The notes below the pieces were generated by a model. That model was not told where the DNA came from. It saw only the letters and a list, made by a program, of their open reading frames with translations, and made no database searches. Positions 19,454-27,633 of a stretch of 32,000 nucleotides of DNA are shown in pieces. The DNA is taken from positions 1-32,000 of the forward strand of contig NZ_CP019633.1 in assembly GCF_001997385.1 (NCBI RefSeq). The letters are read 5' to 3'. Source of the stretch: Sedimentisphaera cyanobacteriorum. GTDB taxonomy: Bacteria > Planctomycetota > Phycisphaerae > Sedimentisphaerales > Sedimentisphaeraceae. The translations under genes and the position numbers were made by a program. Position 1 is the first letter of the stretch, and the number at the start of each line of letters is the position of its first letter.

Positions 19454-22400
19454 AATGGGGGATTCCGAATGTGCGGGGTTTTATGGAAGGGTCGGATAAA
19501 GGCCCTCTAACCTTAACCTCTGCTATGAGTTTTCCGATAGTGTTGAGCAGTTTGCCGCGAAGAGTTTCATCCTCGAACATAAAAACCTGCAGGCTTAAAT
19601 CGAGCTGCTGATTTTCAAGATTCATTTCGCCCGCACCTTGGAGCTTGAGATTTTCGAGCTGAATTACAGCATCTGAGATAACGAGTTTGTCTTTGATGAT
19701 ATAACCGCTGATCAGGCCGGTTTTGATACTCTTCTCAGCGGGCTTTCTCGAAAACACTGCCGATACAATTCTTGATATTAGATTTTTGGGTGTGATTTGG
19801 CTGTTCTTTAGAACTATATCAAGCCGTCCCTTCCTGAATTCTTGCCTGCCTAGCACGCCTTCTACGCTAAGCTGAGATGAAAGCATGCCGGAAAGGGCAA
19901 GCCTGCCGTTTTCTTCTTCAACTGTATCATTCAGCAGGCGGCTGATGTTTACATTGTTCAGATCGAGGGAAAAATCGTATGCAGGCGGGGCATCTCCGGA
20001 AGGTATGAGACGATAATTGAAGCTCGCTGCCCCTCCGTAAAGGCTTGCCGAGCCCTTTTCTGGCGAGGAAAGCTGTCCGTAAGAGTAATTAAAGCTCTGC
20101 GATACATCTTCGAAGACAGCGCCTCTGTAGAGCAGGCGGGAGCAGTAGAGCTCTGCTTCGGATTTCAAAACACTCAAGTCTTTGCTAAGCGTGCAGCTTC
20201 CGGTTAAGCGCCCTTCAGCAGAACTCAAACCTTCTACCCAATCGGCTGATAAATCCTCGAACTCGAAGCTGAATTTTTCGATTTCTACTGTATCCTTCGC
20301 ACTGCTGAATTTGAGCCCTTCTATCGCTGCATCCGCCTTGCCGCTGAATTGGGAGAATTTCTTAGAATCGGTTTTGCTGAGATTAACTGATTCTGCTGTA
20401 ATGTTGCTTAAGGATTCAAGCTTTCCGTTTTCATATTTTATTTTGCCGTCCGCGTTGATTATTGCCTCAGGGAAATCTTCGCTTTTTCCGCTTATTGAAT
20501 AGTTGAACGAAGCATCTTTCTTTGCTCCTGCCTTTATACCAACAGTTCCTGAAACATCGTTCAGCCTGAAATTGTCCACTGCGGCTGAGTTTTTATTCAA
20601 AACCGCCTCAGCAGTGATTTGGAGTTTTTCTTCCTGCGAATATGAGAAATCCCCGTCGAGCCCGAGTTTGCCTTCAAGCAGATTTGTTTCTTCATAGCCA
20701 AGTAGTTTGAGAAGCTCTCCAGAATTCATATTTTCGCTTTCAAACTCGCCTTCAAAGCTTTCCAGTGAGCTGTTTGTTATCTCTCCGCCTGCATTTGCCG
20801 TGAGTTTTCCGCCTCCCGCTTTACCTCTAAGTATTTCGGCTTTCCAGCTTTGATTATCGGCTGTTATTTTCATCTTCGGATTGGATATTGCGATCATAAG
20901 GGGTTTGTAAATGATCTCTTTTCCTGATATCTCAGATTCCAGCTCCCAGTCCGGCTTATTGCTCTGTTCTCTGCGAAGCCTTAGGGATGATGTGCTTTGA
21001 GCATCTATGTAGAAATCATCCAGCATGTCCGCAGGCTCATCGGGCAGTGAACCGATCAGTACGCTGTCTAAAGTGAGCCCCTCGGCATAAAGGTCAATAT
21101 CGTAGTCCGGTTCTTTCAAAAGGGCGTTTTCAAGAGTGCCGCTTATGTTAAAATCAGCTTCTCCTGCAATGCCGCTTATATCATTGAGAGTTATGGTTTC
21201 AGGTGTGATTTTTATATCGCCGGAGATACTCTCAGCAGGCAGGGGAAAACTTCTGAGCTTTGCCTGAGCGTCCTTTAAGTTTACGTCTATAAGATACCTC
21301 TTGCCTTTCTCGTCCCGCAGATACTGATATGTAAAGCCGATTTCACCTGACGGGTTCAGCATATTCCATATTTGCCTTAGTCTGCCCTCAAGGCTTTTGT
21401 AAACATCTCCGGTTAGATAAGCCTGATTGGAAAATATTTTTATATCGCAGTTGGGATAGTCTGGAAGGCTGGTGCATCTAATATTATGCCAGCCGATAAC
21501 TTTTGCCTCCTGGTTTTTGTTCTTGCATTTCAAATCGAAACTGTATTTTTCTGAGCTCACATCTATTTCACCGCTAACTTTCACCTCATAAGGGAAAAAG
21601 ACGTATCTGGCGCTCATTTCCTGCGGTCTTATCACACCCCGCATATTCGGTCTTTGAGAAAGGCCTCCCCAAACCTTAACCTCTGCATCCATCCTGCCTT
21701 CAGGGTTGAATTCTTTCAAAAAAGATTTCGTGCCTTTACCTATAAAGCTGTAGAGTTTTTCTCCTTTGTAAATTGCATTTACTTTCGTGGAAGATGAAAG
21801 GAGGATATTCTCAGCGTTCAATGAAACTCTATAAGGAGCATTATCTTTTGAAAGATCAGCAAAACCCTTTACTTCTATCTCAGATTTGCTTGTTAAGGCG
21901 TTTAGATTAAATCTCACAGGACTTTGCGGTTTCCACTGAGCATCAATACTGAGTTCTTTGCTCATCCATGCGCTCCCGAATATGCTTGCATTCAAGTTTC
22001 CGGCGATCCGCATAAAACCTTCATTCCCAGGCTTTATTTCTCCGTTCAGAAAAGAAGCACCAAAAGCAGCATCGGCAGGGGATGTAAGCATAATTTTGTA
22101 AATATTGCTGCTGCCTTCCGAGGCGAGCTTGAAGCTTGTTAGAACGATATCTTTTTTCTCAGGCCTCTTAATCGACACATTTTTTGCTTCCAAATCTGGA
22201 AATCTGCCAGACTTGAATATATTATAAAAAGGCCGGGATGCTGCATCTTTAATTGTTTTTACAAATAAAGGATAGGCCTTCTTCGGAGCAATTACTTCCA
22301 AAACAGGGTTTGAAATCTGAACGTTTTCTGCTGTTATTTTCTCAATTGAAGGTGATAGCAGCCCATTATCAAAAAGTGAGTAATTTACAATCGCTTTTTT

Positions 22401-22631
22401 CGCTGAAAAATTGAACTCAGCGGCAGAGGCTTTAAGCCCGCTTACCAGAAAACGGTTACCCTGTTTTTCTATTTCCTCGTACTCAAGCTCTGCGCCGAAG
22501 GCTTTTTCGAGGCCTTGGGTGATTTTAGACTCGAATATATTTATAACACTGCCTCTGAAGCTGTACAGCACAAAAGCAGCAGCACAGGCGATTGCTAAAA
22601 ATAATATAGCTGTTTTAGTAAATTTCTTCAT
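19452..22631 (-). CDS. AsmA/TamB/YhdP-like large envelope protein with N-terminal membrane anchor
   Basis: 1059 aa with a single N-terminal TM helix (TAILFLAIACAAAFVLY). The body is long, beta-rich and repetitive. The C-terminal segment is typical of AsmA-like proteins (LKLQGAGEMNLENQQLDLSLQV...VKVRGPLSDPSIKP). The family call comes from architecture and the C-terminal motif only. Confidence 0.55.
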   Translation of the reverse strand: MKKFTKTAILFLAIACAAAFVLYSFRGSVINIFESKITQGLEKAFGAELEYEEIEKQGNRFLVSGLKASAAEFNFSAKKAIVNYSLFDNGLLSPSIEKITAENVQISNPVLEVIAPKKAYPLFVKTIKDAASRPFYNIFKSGRFPDLEAKNVSIKRPEKKDIVLTSFKLASEGSSNIYKIMLTSPADAAFGASFLNGEIKPGNEGFMRIAGNLNASIFGSAWMSKELSIDAQWKPQSPVRFNLNALTSKSEIEVKGFADLSKDNAPYRVSLNAENILLSSSTKVNAIYKGEKLYSFIGKGTKSFLKEFNPEGRMDAEVKVWGGLSQRPNMRGVIRPQEMSARYVFFPYEVKVSGEIDVSSEKYSFDLKCKNKNQEAKVIGWHNIRCTSLPDYPNCDIKIFSNQAYLTGDVYKSLEGRLRQIWNMLNPSGEIGFTYQYLRDEKGKRYLIDVNLKDAQAKLRSFPLPAESISGDIKITPETITLNDISGIAGEADFNISGTLENALLKEPDYDIDLYAEGLTLDSVLIGSLPDEPADMLDDFYIDAQSTSSLRLRREQSNKPDWELESEISGKEIIYKPLMIAISNPKMKITADNQSWKAEILRGKAGGGKLTANAGGEITNSSLESFEGEFESENMNSGELLKLLGYEETNLLEGKLGLDGDFSYSQEEKLQITAEAVLNKNSAAVDNFRLNDVSGTVGIKAGAKKDASFNYSISGKSEDFPEAIINADGKIKYENGKLESLSNITAESVNLSKTDSKKFSQFSGKADAAIEGLKFSSAKDTVEIEKFSFEFEDLSADWVEGLSSAEGRLTGSCTLSKDLSVLKSEAELYCSRLLYRGAVFEDVSQSFNYSYGQLSSPEKGSASLYGGAASFNYRLIPSGDAPPAYDFSLDLNNVNISRLLNDTVEEENGRLALSGMLSSQLSVEGVLGRQEFRKGRLDIVLKNSQITPKNLISRIVSAVFSRKPAEKSIKTGLISGYIIKDKLVISDAVIQLENLKLQGAGEMNLENQQLDLSLQVFMFEDETLRGKLLNTIGKLIAEVKVRGPLSDPSIKPRTFGIPH

Positions 22632-22750
22632 TGGCAGAGAATAGTAATTACCCGCTTTTTATTATCAATATTAAAAATGCATCTATGAAAACCTGCTTAA
22701 GGAATACTCTGTCTGTTCTCGGTTTGTTTGAAAGATTTATGTCCATTCTT

Positions 22751-23584
22751 TCACATCAGGCAGGCGGCTATAAGGTTATGTACAGCGTGCGTTGAAGCAA
22801 CAATTCCAAATCCCCTTATCCCGAATATTATCGAAAGGTATATTCCCGCGAGAAATCTGAATGTAAACGTGGATATTCGAAAAGGCTCGCCGGCAACAAA
22901 TCTCCAGTCCATTATGTAGAAGTAATGATGCAGGCTGAAAAGAAGGCTCGAAATTATTACTGCGGTAATAGTTGAGCGTATTCTCGGCATTCCGAAGAGC
23001 TTTTCAAAGATTAGCGTAGCGAAAGAAATCAAAAGAAGCCGAAAAACGAGCTCTTCGAAAATTCCTGCACCTATCCCGGAAACTATATTAACAGCGAACA
23101 TTCCGCCCGGTGTCTGCCAGTCTAAAACGGCAGACATATCAGGCACAGCCGGAACAGGGGAGTAGCCCGGGGCGTTCTGGCCGGCTATGTAGGTTATGCA
23201 GGAACTGCACACAAGCAGGGGGATTGTGAGTATCGTGGCTTCTGCGAATATTATGGGCAGATCGCTCCATTCAACCTCGATCTTCTCCCGAGATTTTATC
23301 TGCACTATCCCAAGAGCCGCTATCACAACCAGCGGAGTACCCACCCAAGCCTGCATTTCTGAGAAATTCAGCCAGAGCAGGAATTTGCGAACCCATTCAA
23401 ATGAAACCACAATACCCGGTATGTTTTCGGTGCTTGTTGAAAAGAAATCAGGGCTTAGAGATGAAAGCCCTGCTTCGTAAACAACGATAAGGATAGCCAC
23501 GAGTATCAGCGAATATATAGGACGAGATGTCCTGTGCAGATACAAGTCCAGTTCGTGGGTCTTTCCTTTACTGCCAAAATTCAT
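22751..23584 (-). CDS. CPBP-family intramembrane glutamic endopeptidase (CAAX protease-like)
   Basis: 277 aa and polytopic. The three CPBP motifs are present: EELVFRLLL (EExxxR), FSLHH (FxxxH) and HAVHN (HxxxN). It starts 24 nt after the malic enzyme stop. Confidence 0.85.
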   Translation of the reverse strand: MNFGSKGKTHELDLYLHRTSRPIYSLILVAILIVVYEAGLSSLSPDFFSTSTENIPGIVVSFEWVRKFLLWLNFSEMQAWVGTPLVVIAALGIVQIKSREKIEVEWSDLPIIFAEATILTIPLLVCSSCITYIAGQNAPGYSPVPAVPDMSAVLDWQTPGGMFAVNIVSGIGAGIFEELVFRLLLISFATLIFEKLFGMPRIRSTITAVIISSLLFSLHHYFYIMDWRFVAGEPFRISTFTFRFLAGIYLSIIFGIRGFGIVASTHAVHNLIAACLM

Positions 23585-23608
23585 ACAGGGATTAAGCTTT
23601 CCTGAGAT

Positions 23609-24985
23609 TCAGCCTTTAGCCGCCGCATTAAAAACTGCCTTCGAAACTTTAATGTGAATATTTCTGTCTATCATATCCGGAAGGAGCATACCACCCTCAG
23701 ACTGCGCCGCCAGCGACTGGGCAGCAGCGAGCTTCATCGCAGCGGTTACAGTTTTCGCGCCGGAATCAAGCGCGCCTCTGAATATCCCCGGAAATGCAAG
23801 GGCATTGTTTATGGTTCTGCCGTCTGCGCTTACAGCAGCGCCTGCTTCCAGAGCCTCTTGGACGGATATCTCGCCCTTCGGGTTGCTCAGCGGGAAAACT
23901 ATCGGCTTATCTGCCATTGATGAGATCAATTCCCCGCTCACTATATCCGGCCTTGCAACGCCTATGAAGATGTCTCTGTCTTTGAAGCCCTCTTCGAGCG
24001 GGCCGGAAATGCTGTTTTGATTGGTCAGCTCTGCAATTTCCTGAGTGTAGGGGTTCATCTGCTCTTTTCTGCCATTGTATATAGCTCCGCCTGCATCGTA
24101 AACCACGATATCCTTAATGCCGTATTCCAGCAGGATTTTGGTTATTGCATAACCCGCTGCACCTGCACCGATAATCACTGCCGAGCAGTCTTGAGGTTTC
24201 TTTTCTGTAATCTTAACCGCATTGATAAGAGCCGCGAGAACTACGGTTGCTGTGGCGTGCTGGTCGTCGTGAAAAACCGGTATATCGAGCATACTGTCGA
24301 GCTTCTGCTCTATCTCAAAGCAGGCCGGTGCGGCAATGTCCTCAAGCTGTATTGCCCCGAAGCTCGGGCTGATATGTTTTACAGTTTCAATTATCTCATC
24401 AGGTTTCTTTGTATCTAAAACTATCGGCACTCCGCTTATCTCCACAAATTCCGAGAATATAGCGGCTTTGCCTTCCATTACGGGCATAGAGGCCTTAGGC
24501 CCTATATCGCCCAGTCCGAGAACCGCCGTTCCGTCTGATACTATCGCCACGCGCGAGCCTATTCCTGTTACCCGTGAAACCGCCTCAGGGCTCTCAGCTA
24601 TTGCCTTGCAGGCCGCTGCTACACCGGGCGTGTAAACCATACGCAGGTCGGTAAGGCTTTCGATTTTCTTCTTGCTCTTAACTTCGATTATTCCGCCAAG
24701 GCGTGATTCTTCTACAAGGTCTGTAAATTCCTGTATCTCACCGCCGCCTGATTTAAGCGTTTCCAGGGCATTCAGTGCGGCCTGCCTGGAGTTTGAGAAA
24801 AGGTTCATCTCTAACGCTGCCGACTGTCCGTCTCCTTCAATCGTATTGAGAGAGGATATGCTTGTTTCCTGTGTGTTGACTGATGCGAGGATCTCGGCTG
24901 TGTTTTTTCTCAGAGAAGTAAATTTGATTCGGTATATGTGGTTTGCGCCGAAATGTTCCTGCAAGCTTTTTTTATGATTACTCAT
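23609..24985 (-). CDS. NAD(P)-dependent malic enzyme (oxaloacetate-decarboxylating) with N-terminal ACT-like domain
   Basis: 458 aa. Malic enzyme motifs are present: YTPGVAAAC, VSDGTAVLGLGDIG, PVMEGKAAIF, FGAIQLEDI, FHDDQHATA, IIGAGAAGYA and PLSNP. A ~85-aa N-terminal extension has a beta-alpha-beta-beta-alpha-beta-like pattern. The ATG lies 8 nt after the plsY stop. Confidence 0.9.
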   Translation of the reverse strand: MSNHKKSLQEHFGANHIYRIKFTSLRKNTAEILASVNTQETSISSLNTIEGDGQSAALEMNLFSNSRQAALNALETLKSGGGEIQEFTDLVEESRLGGIIEVKSKKKIESLTDLRMVYTPGVAAACKAIAESPEAVSRVTGIGSRVAIVSDGTAVLGLGDIGPKASMPVMEGKAAIFSEFVEISGVPIVLDTKKPDEIIETVKHISPSFGAIQLEDIAAPACFEIEQKLDSMLDIPVFHDDQHATATVVLAALINAVKITEKKPQDCSAVIIGAGAAGYAITKILLEYGIKDIVVYDAGGAIYNGRKEQMNPYTQEIAELTNQNSISGPLEEGFKDRDIFIGVARPDIVSGELISSMADKPIVFPLSNPKGEISVQEALEAGAAVSADGRTINNALAFPGIFRGALDSGAKTVTAAMKLAAAQSLAAQSEGGMLLPDMIDRNIHIKVSKAVFNAAAKG

Positions 24986-24993
24986 AGATACCT

Positions 24994-25635
24994 TTATAGA
25001 GCCTTTTGCTCAGTTCCGTTTATTAGTTTTATGATATTTTTCTTGTGCCTGTATATAACCAGAATTGTCAAAAGCCCTGCAGCGGCGATCAGCGGCCACA
25101 GCTGATAAAAGCTCCAGCTTTCAACTATGGCTATCTCTATTGATAAAATTATTGGAAACATCGCAGCTGCTAAAATTGACCCCAGCGAGACGTATTTCCA
25201 TATATAAAGGCATATAACCCAGATTATAAAGCAGATAACCCCGCAGATTGTGTAGTACGGCCATAAACCAAGAACCACGCCAAGTCCGGTTGCAACGCCT
25301 TTTCCGCCCTTAAATTTGAGGTAAATGGAAAAAATATGGCCTGCAATTGCAGCAGCACCGCACAGTAGCCAAAGCCAAAGCTGGGATTGATTTGGCTCTC
25401 CAGAAATAAGCAATCCGGCTGCTATCATAGGCAGCGCACCCTTGAACAGGTCTAAGAAGAAACATATCTTTGCCCATTTCCCTCCCAGCGCACGGCCTAA
25501 GTTGGTTGCTCCTATATTGCCTGAGCCCACTTTACGCAGATCAATGCCTTTTGATTTCGCTATTAAAAAGCCGAAAGGTACTGAACCGAGCAGATAAGAA
25601 AAAACCGGCAGAATTAGTAATGTTGCAGTAACCAA
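24994..25635 (-). CDS. plsY: Glycerol-3-phosphate acyltransferase PlsY
   Basis: 213 aa and polytopic. PlsY signatures are present: YLLGSVPFGFLIAK, GSGNIGATN and FKGGKGVATGLG. The start is TTG at 25635, and there is no in-frame ATG before the conserved N-terminus. Confidence 0.9.
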   Translation of the reverse strand: MVTATLLILPVFSYLLGSVPFGFLIAKSKGIDLRKVGSGNIGATNLGRALGGKWAKICFFLDLFKGALPMIAAGLLISGEPNQSQLWLWLLCGAAAIAGHIFSIYLKFKGGKGVATGLGVVLGLWPYYTICGVICFIIWVICLYIWKYVSLGSILAAAMFPIILSIEIAIVESWSFYQLWPLIAAAGLLTILVIYRHKKNIIKLINGTEQKAL

Positions 25636-25919
25636 ATAATTAACCCTTTTGCAGTATCGCTCGTTTATAAATTGATTTATTAATTAAGTAGATTATATCC
25701 TTTCCGCTGTTTCAATCAACGCATTCATTTAACCTGTCAAACTTTCCCATTGAATTCCGAATCAGCAGGCAGTATATATTTACAGCTGGATAATTTAGAT
25801 GTGCAATATTATTCAAAATATTTTAAATTGCAGTTCCAGCTTATGAAAAAATAAGCTTTTCGGGATATAACAGTAATAAAAACAGTCAGTTTTATAAGCT
25901 TAAGCAAAAAAGGGAAGCT

Positions 25920-27542
25920 ATGGATTTAGGGCTAAAAAAGATTTTATCAACAGTGTTATTATTTTGTATTTCTGGTGGGGCTTTAAGTTATGTGGAAGTT
26001 CGGCCGGGAAGCAGGAATCTTATAACAAAAACGGACAAATCGGTTAAAATATCAATCGATACATCTAAAAAGCATCAGAAAATTACCTCTTTCGGCGCTT
26101 CAGACTGCTGGACAGCCCAGATGGTTGGTCAGTGGCCGAAAGAAAAGACAGATGCAATAGCAGATATGCTGTTTTCTGCCAGTCTCAAAGAAGACGGCAG
26201 CCCGAAAGGGATAGGCCTTTCATCCTGGCGGTTCAATATCGGAGCGGGCAGCGATATTAATGATAAAATCACAGACCCATGGCGGCAGTCCTCTTGGCTT
26301 TTCAATGAAGCAAAAGATGATATATATATGCCGGAATTTGAAAAGGAAACCCGACCTCGAATCAAGGGGCAGAGGACATTCCTAAGGGCAGCCCGTGAGA
26401 GGGGAGTAGAAGAGTTTACTGCCTTTACGATAAGCCCCCCGATAAATATGACAAAAAACGGCAGGGGCTTTTGCAGCAAAGATGTCGGCTCAACAAATTT
26501 GCAGGAAGGGAAAACCGGCGAATTCTGCGATTATATAATAGATTCTGTTAGAGCACTGCAATCCGCTGACGATGTTGAATTTGATTTCATAAGCCCGATC
26601 AATGAGCCTGAATGGGACTGGAACAAGCGCAGCCAGGAAGGCTGCCGGTACAACAACTCCCAGATGTCTGAGATTGCCAAAACGCTTCACGGCAAAATAG
26701 AAAACCAAGAGTCTGTGAATGCAAGGCTGCTTATGCCTGAATCCGGACACCTAAAATCGTTCTACGACTGGCAGGACAGCTCAGATAAATCCAAAGGGAA
26801 ATATATAGAGCAGTTTTTTGAGAAATCCAGCGATAATTATTCAGGCAAGGCCCTTTCAAACCTTCTGTGCGGACACAGTTACTTCCTTGATGACCCCTCT
26901 GAGGGGCTTGTTGATGCCAGAGTAAAGTTTAGAAAAGCTCTTGATAAATACCCCGAACTTGACTACAGGCACACCGAATACTGCATCCTCGGCAAAACTG
27001 ACCACGGCTTTGGAGGCAATGGCCGTGATCTCAGTATTACCTCAGCGCTCTTTATCGCCCGGGTTATACATTACGACCTTACAATTGTTGAAGCCTGCGG
27101 CTGGGACTGGTGGCTCGGTATTTCCCCGCATGATTATAAAGACGGCCTTGTTTACACCACAAAAACTATAAAAGACGGCAGGTACAACGATTCGAAAATG
27201 CTCTGGGCTATGGGGAATTTCAGCCGCTTTATAAGGCCCGGGATGTATCGTGCGGAGCTTGAAAGAAGCGACGGCGTGCAGAACGAGAACGCTTTTGAAG
27301 GTCTTATGGCCTCTGCATACGCCGGCAATAATGAGAAAATTGCTGCTGCGGTATTCGTGAATTATTCAGGCAAGTCTGAGTCTGTGAGTTTCGAGAAGGA
27401 CGGCCTGCCGGAAGATGCGAGGGTTGTTCCGTATATCACAGATTCGGCAAGCGATCTTGCACCTTGCAAAGCAGGCTCGCTGGATAATTCATTCAAAATT
27501 CCTGCCAAAAGTATTGTAACATTCGTTATTCAGGCTAAATGA
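25920..27542 (+). CDS. Glycoside hydrolase family 30 enzyme, secreted
   Basis: 540 aa with a signal peptide. It is colinear with GH30 enzymes such as XynC-type proteins: ITSFGASDCW, FTISPPINMTKNG, the acid/base region FISPINEPEW, LLMPESG, the nucleophile region HTEYCI, GWDWWLG, FSRFIRPGMYR and the C-terminal IPAKSIVTFVI. An SD-like AGGGA lies upstream of the ATG. Confidence 0.85.
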   Translation: MDLGLKKILSTVLLFCISGGALSYVEVRPGSRNLITKTDKSVKISIDTSKKHQKITSFGASDCWTAQMVGQWPKEKTDAIADMLFSASLKEDGSPKGIGLSSWRFNIGAGSDINDKITDPWRQSSWLFNEAKDDIYMPEFEKETRPRIKGQRTFLRAARERGVEEFTAFTISPPINMTKNGRGFCSKDVGSTNLQEGKTGEFCDYIIDSVRALQSADDVEFDFISPINEPEWDWNKRSQEGCRYNNSQMSEIAKTLHGKIENQESVNARLLMPESGHLKSFYDWQDSSDKSKGKYIEQFFEKSSDNYSGKALSNLLCGHSYFLDDPSEGLVDARVKFRKALDKYPELDYRHTEYCILGKTDHGFGGNGRDLSITSALFIARVIHYDLTIVEACGWDWWLGISPHDYKDGLVYTTKTIKDGRYNDSKMLWAMGNFSRFIRPGMYRAELERSDGVQNENAFEGLMASAYAGNNEKIAAAVFVNYSGKSESVSFEKDGLPEDARVVPYITDSASDLAPCKAGSLDNSFKIPAKSIVTFVIQAK

Positions 27543-27633
27543 GAGGCCAGATTACCAATCGAAGCTTTAAACAATTTGTGATTACGCTACAATAAAACCC
27601 TGTTACGCAAAAATTTAATTAAAAGGGGTTTTT

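Noticed and set aside
25838-25860. Hairpin AGCTTAT / GAAAAA / ATAAGCT followed by TTTT, upstream of GH30.
   Set aside because: The stem is AT-rich and weak, and no upstream + strand gene exists for it to terminate. On the minus strand it lacks a T-run. It is probably incidental in an AT-rich promoter region.
27594-27632. Potential hairpin AAAACCC / 25-nt loop / GGGTTTT that would sequester the SD of the GH3 gene. It was considered as a terminator for GH30 or as a translational control element.
   Set aside because: The loop is large, the stem is only 7 bp and AT-rich at its ends, and the T-run is part of the stem. I cannot distinguish it from chance without conservation or structure-probing data.
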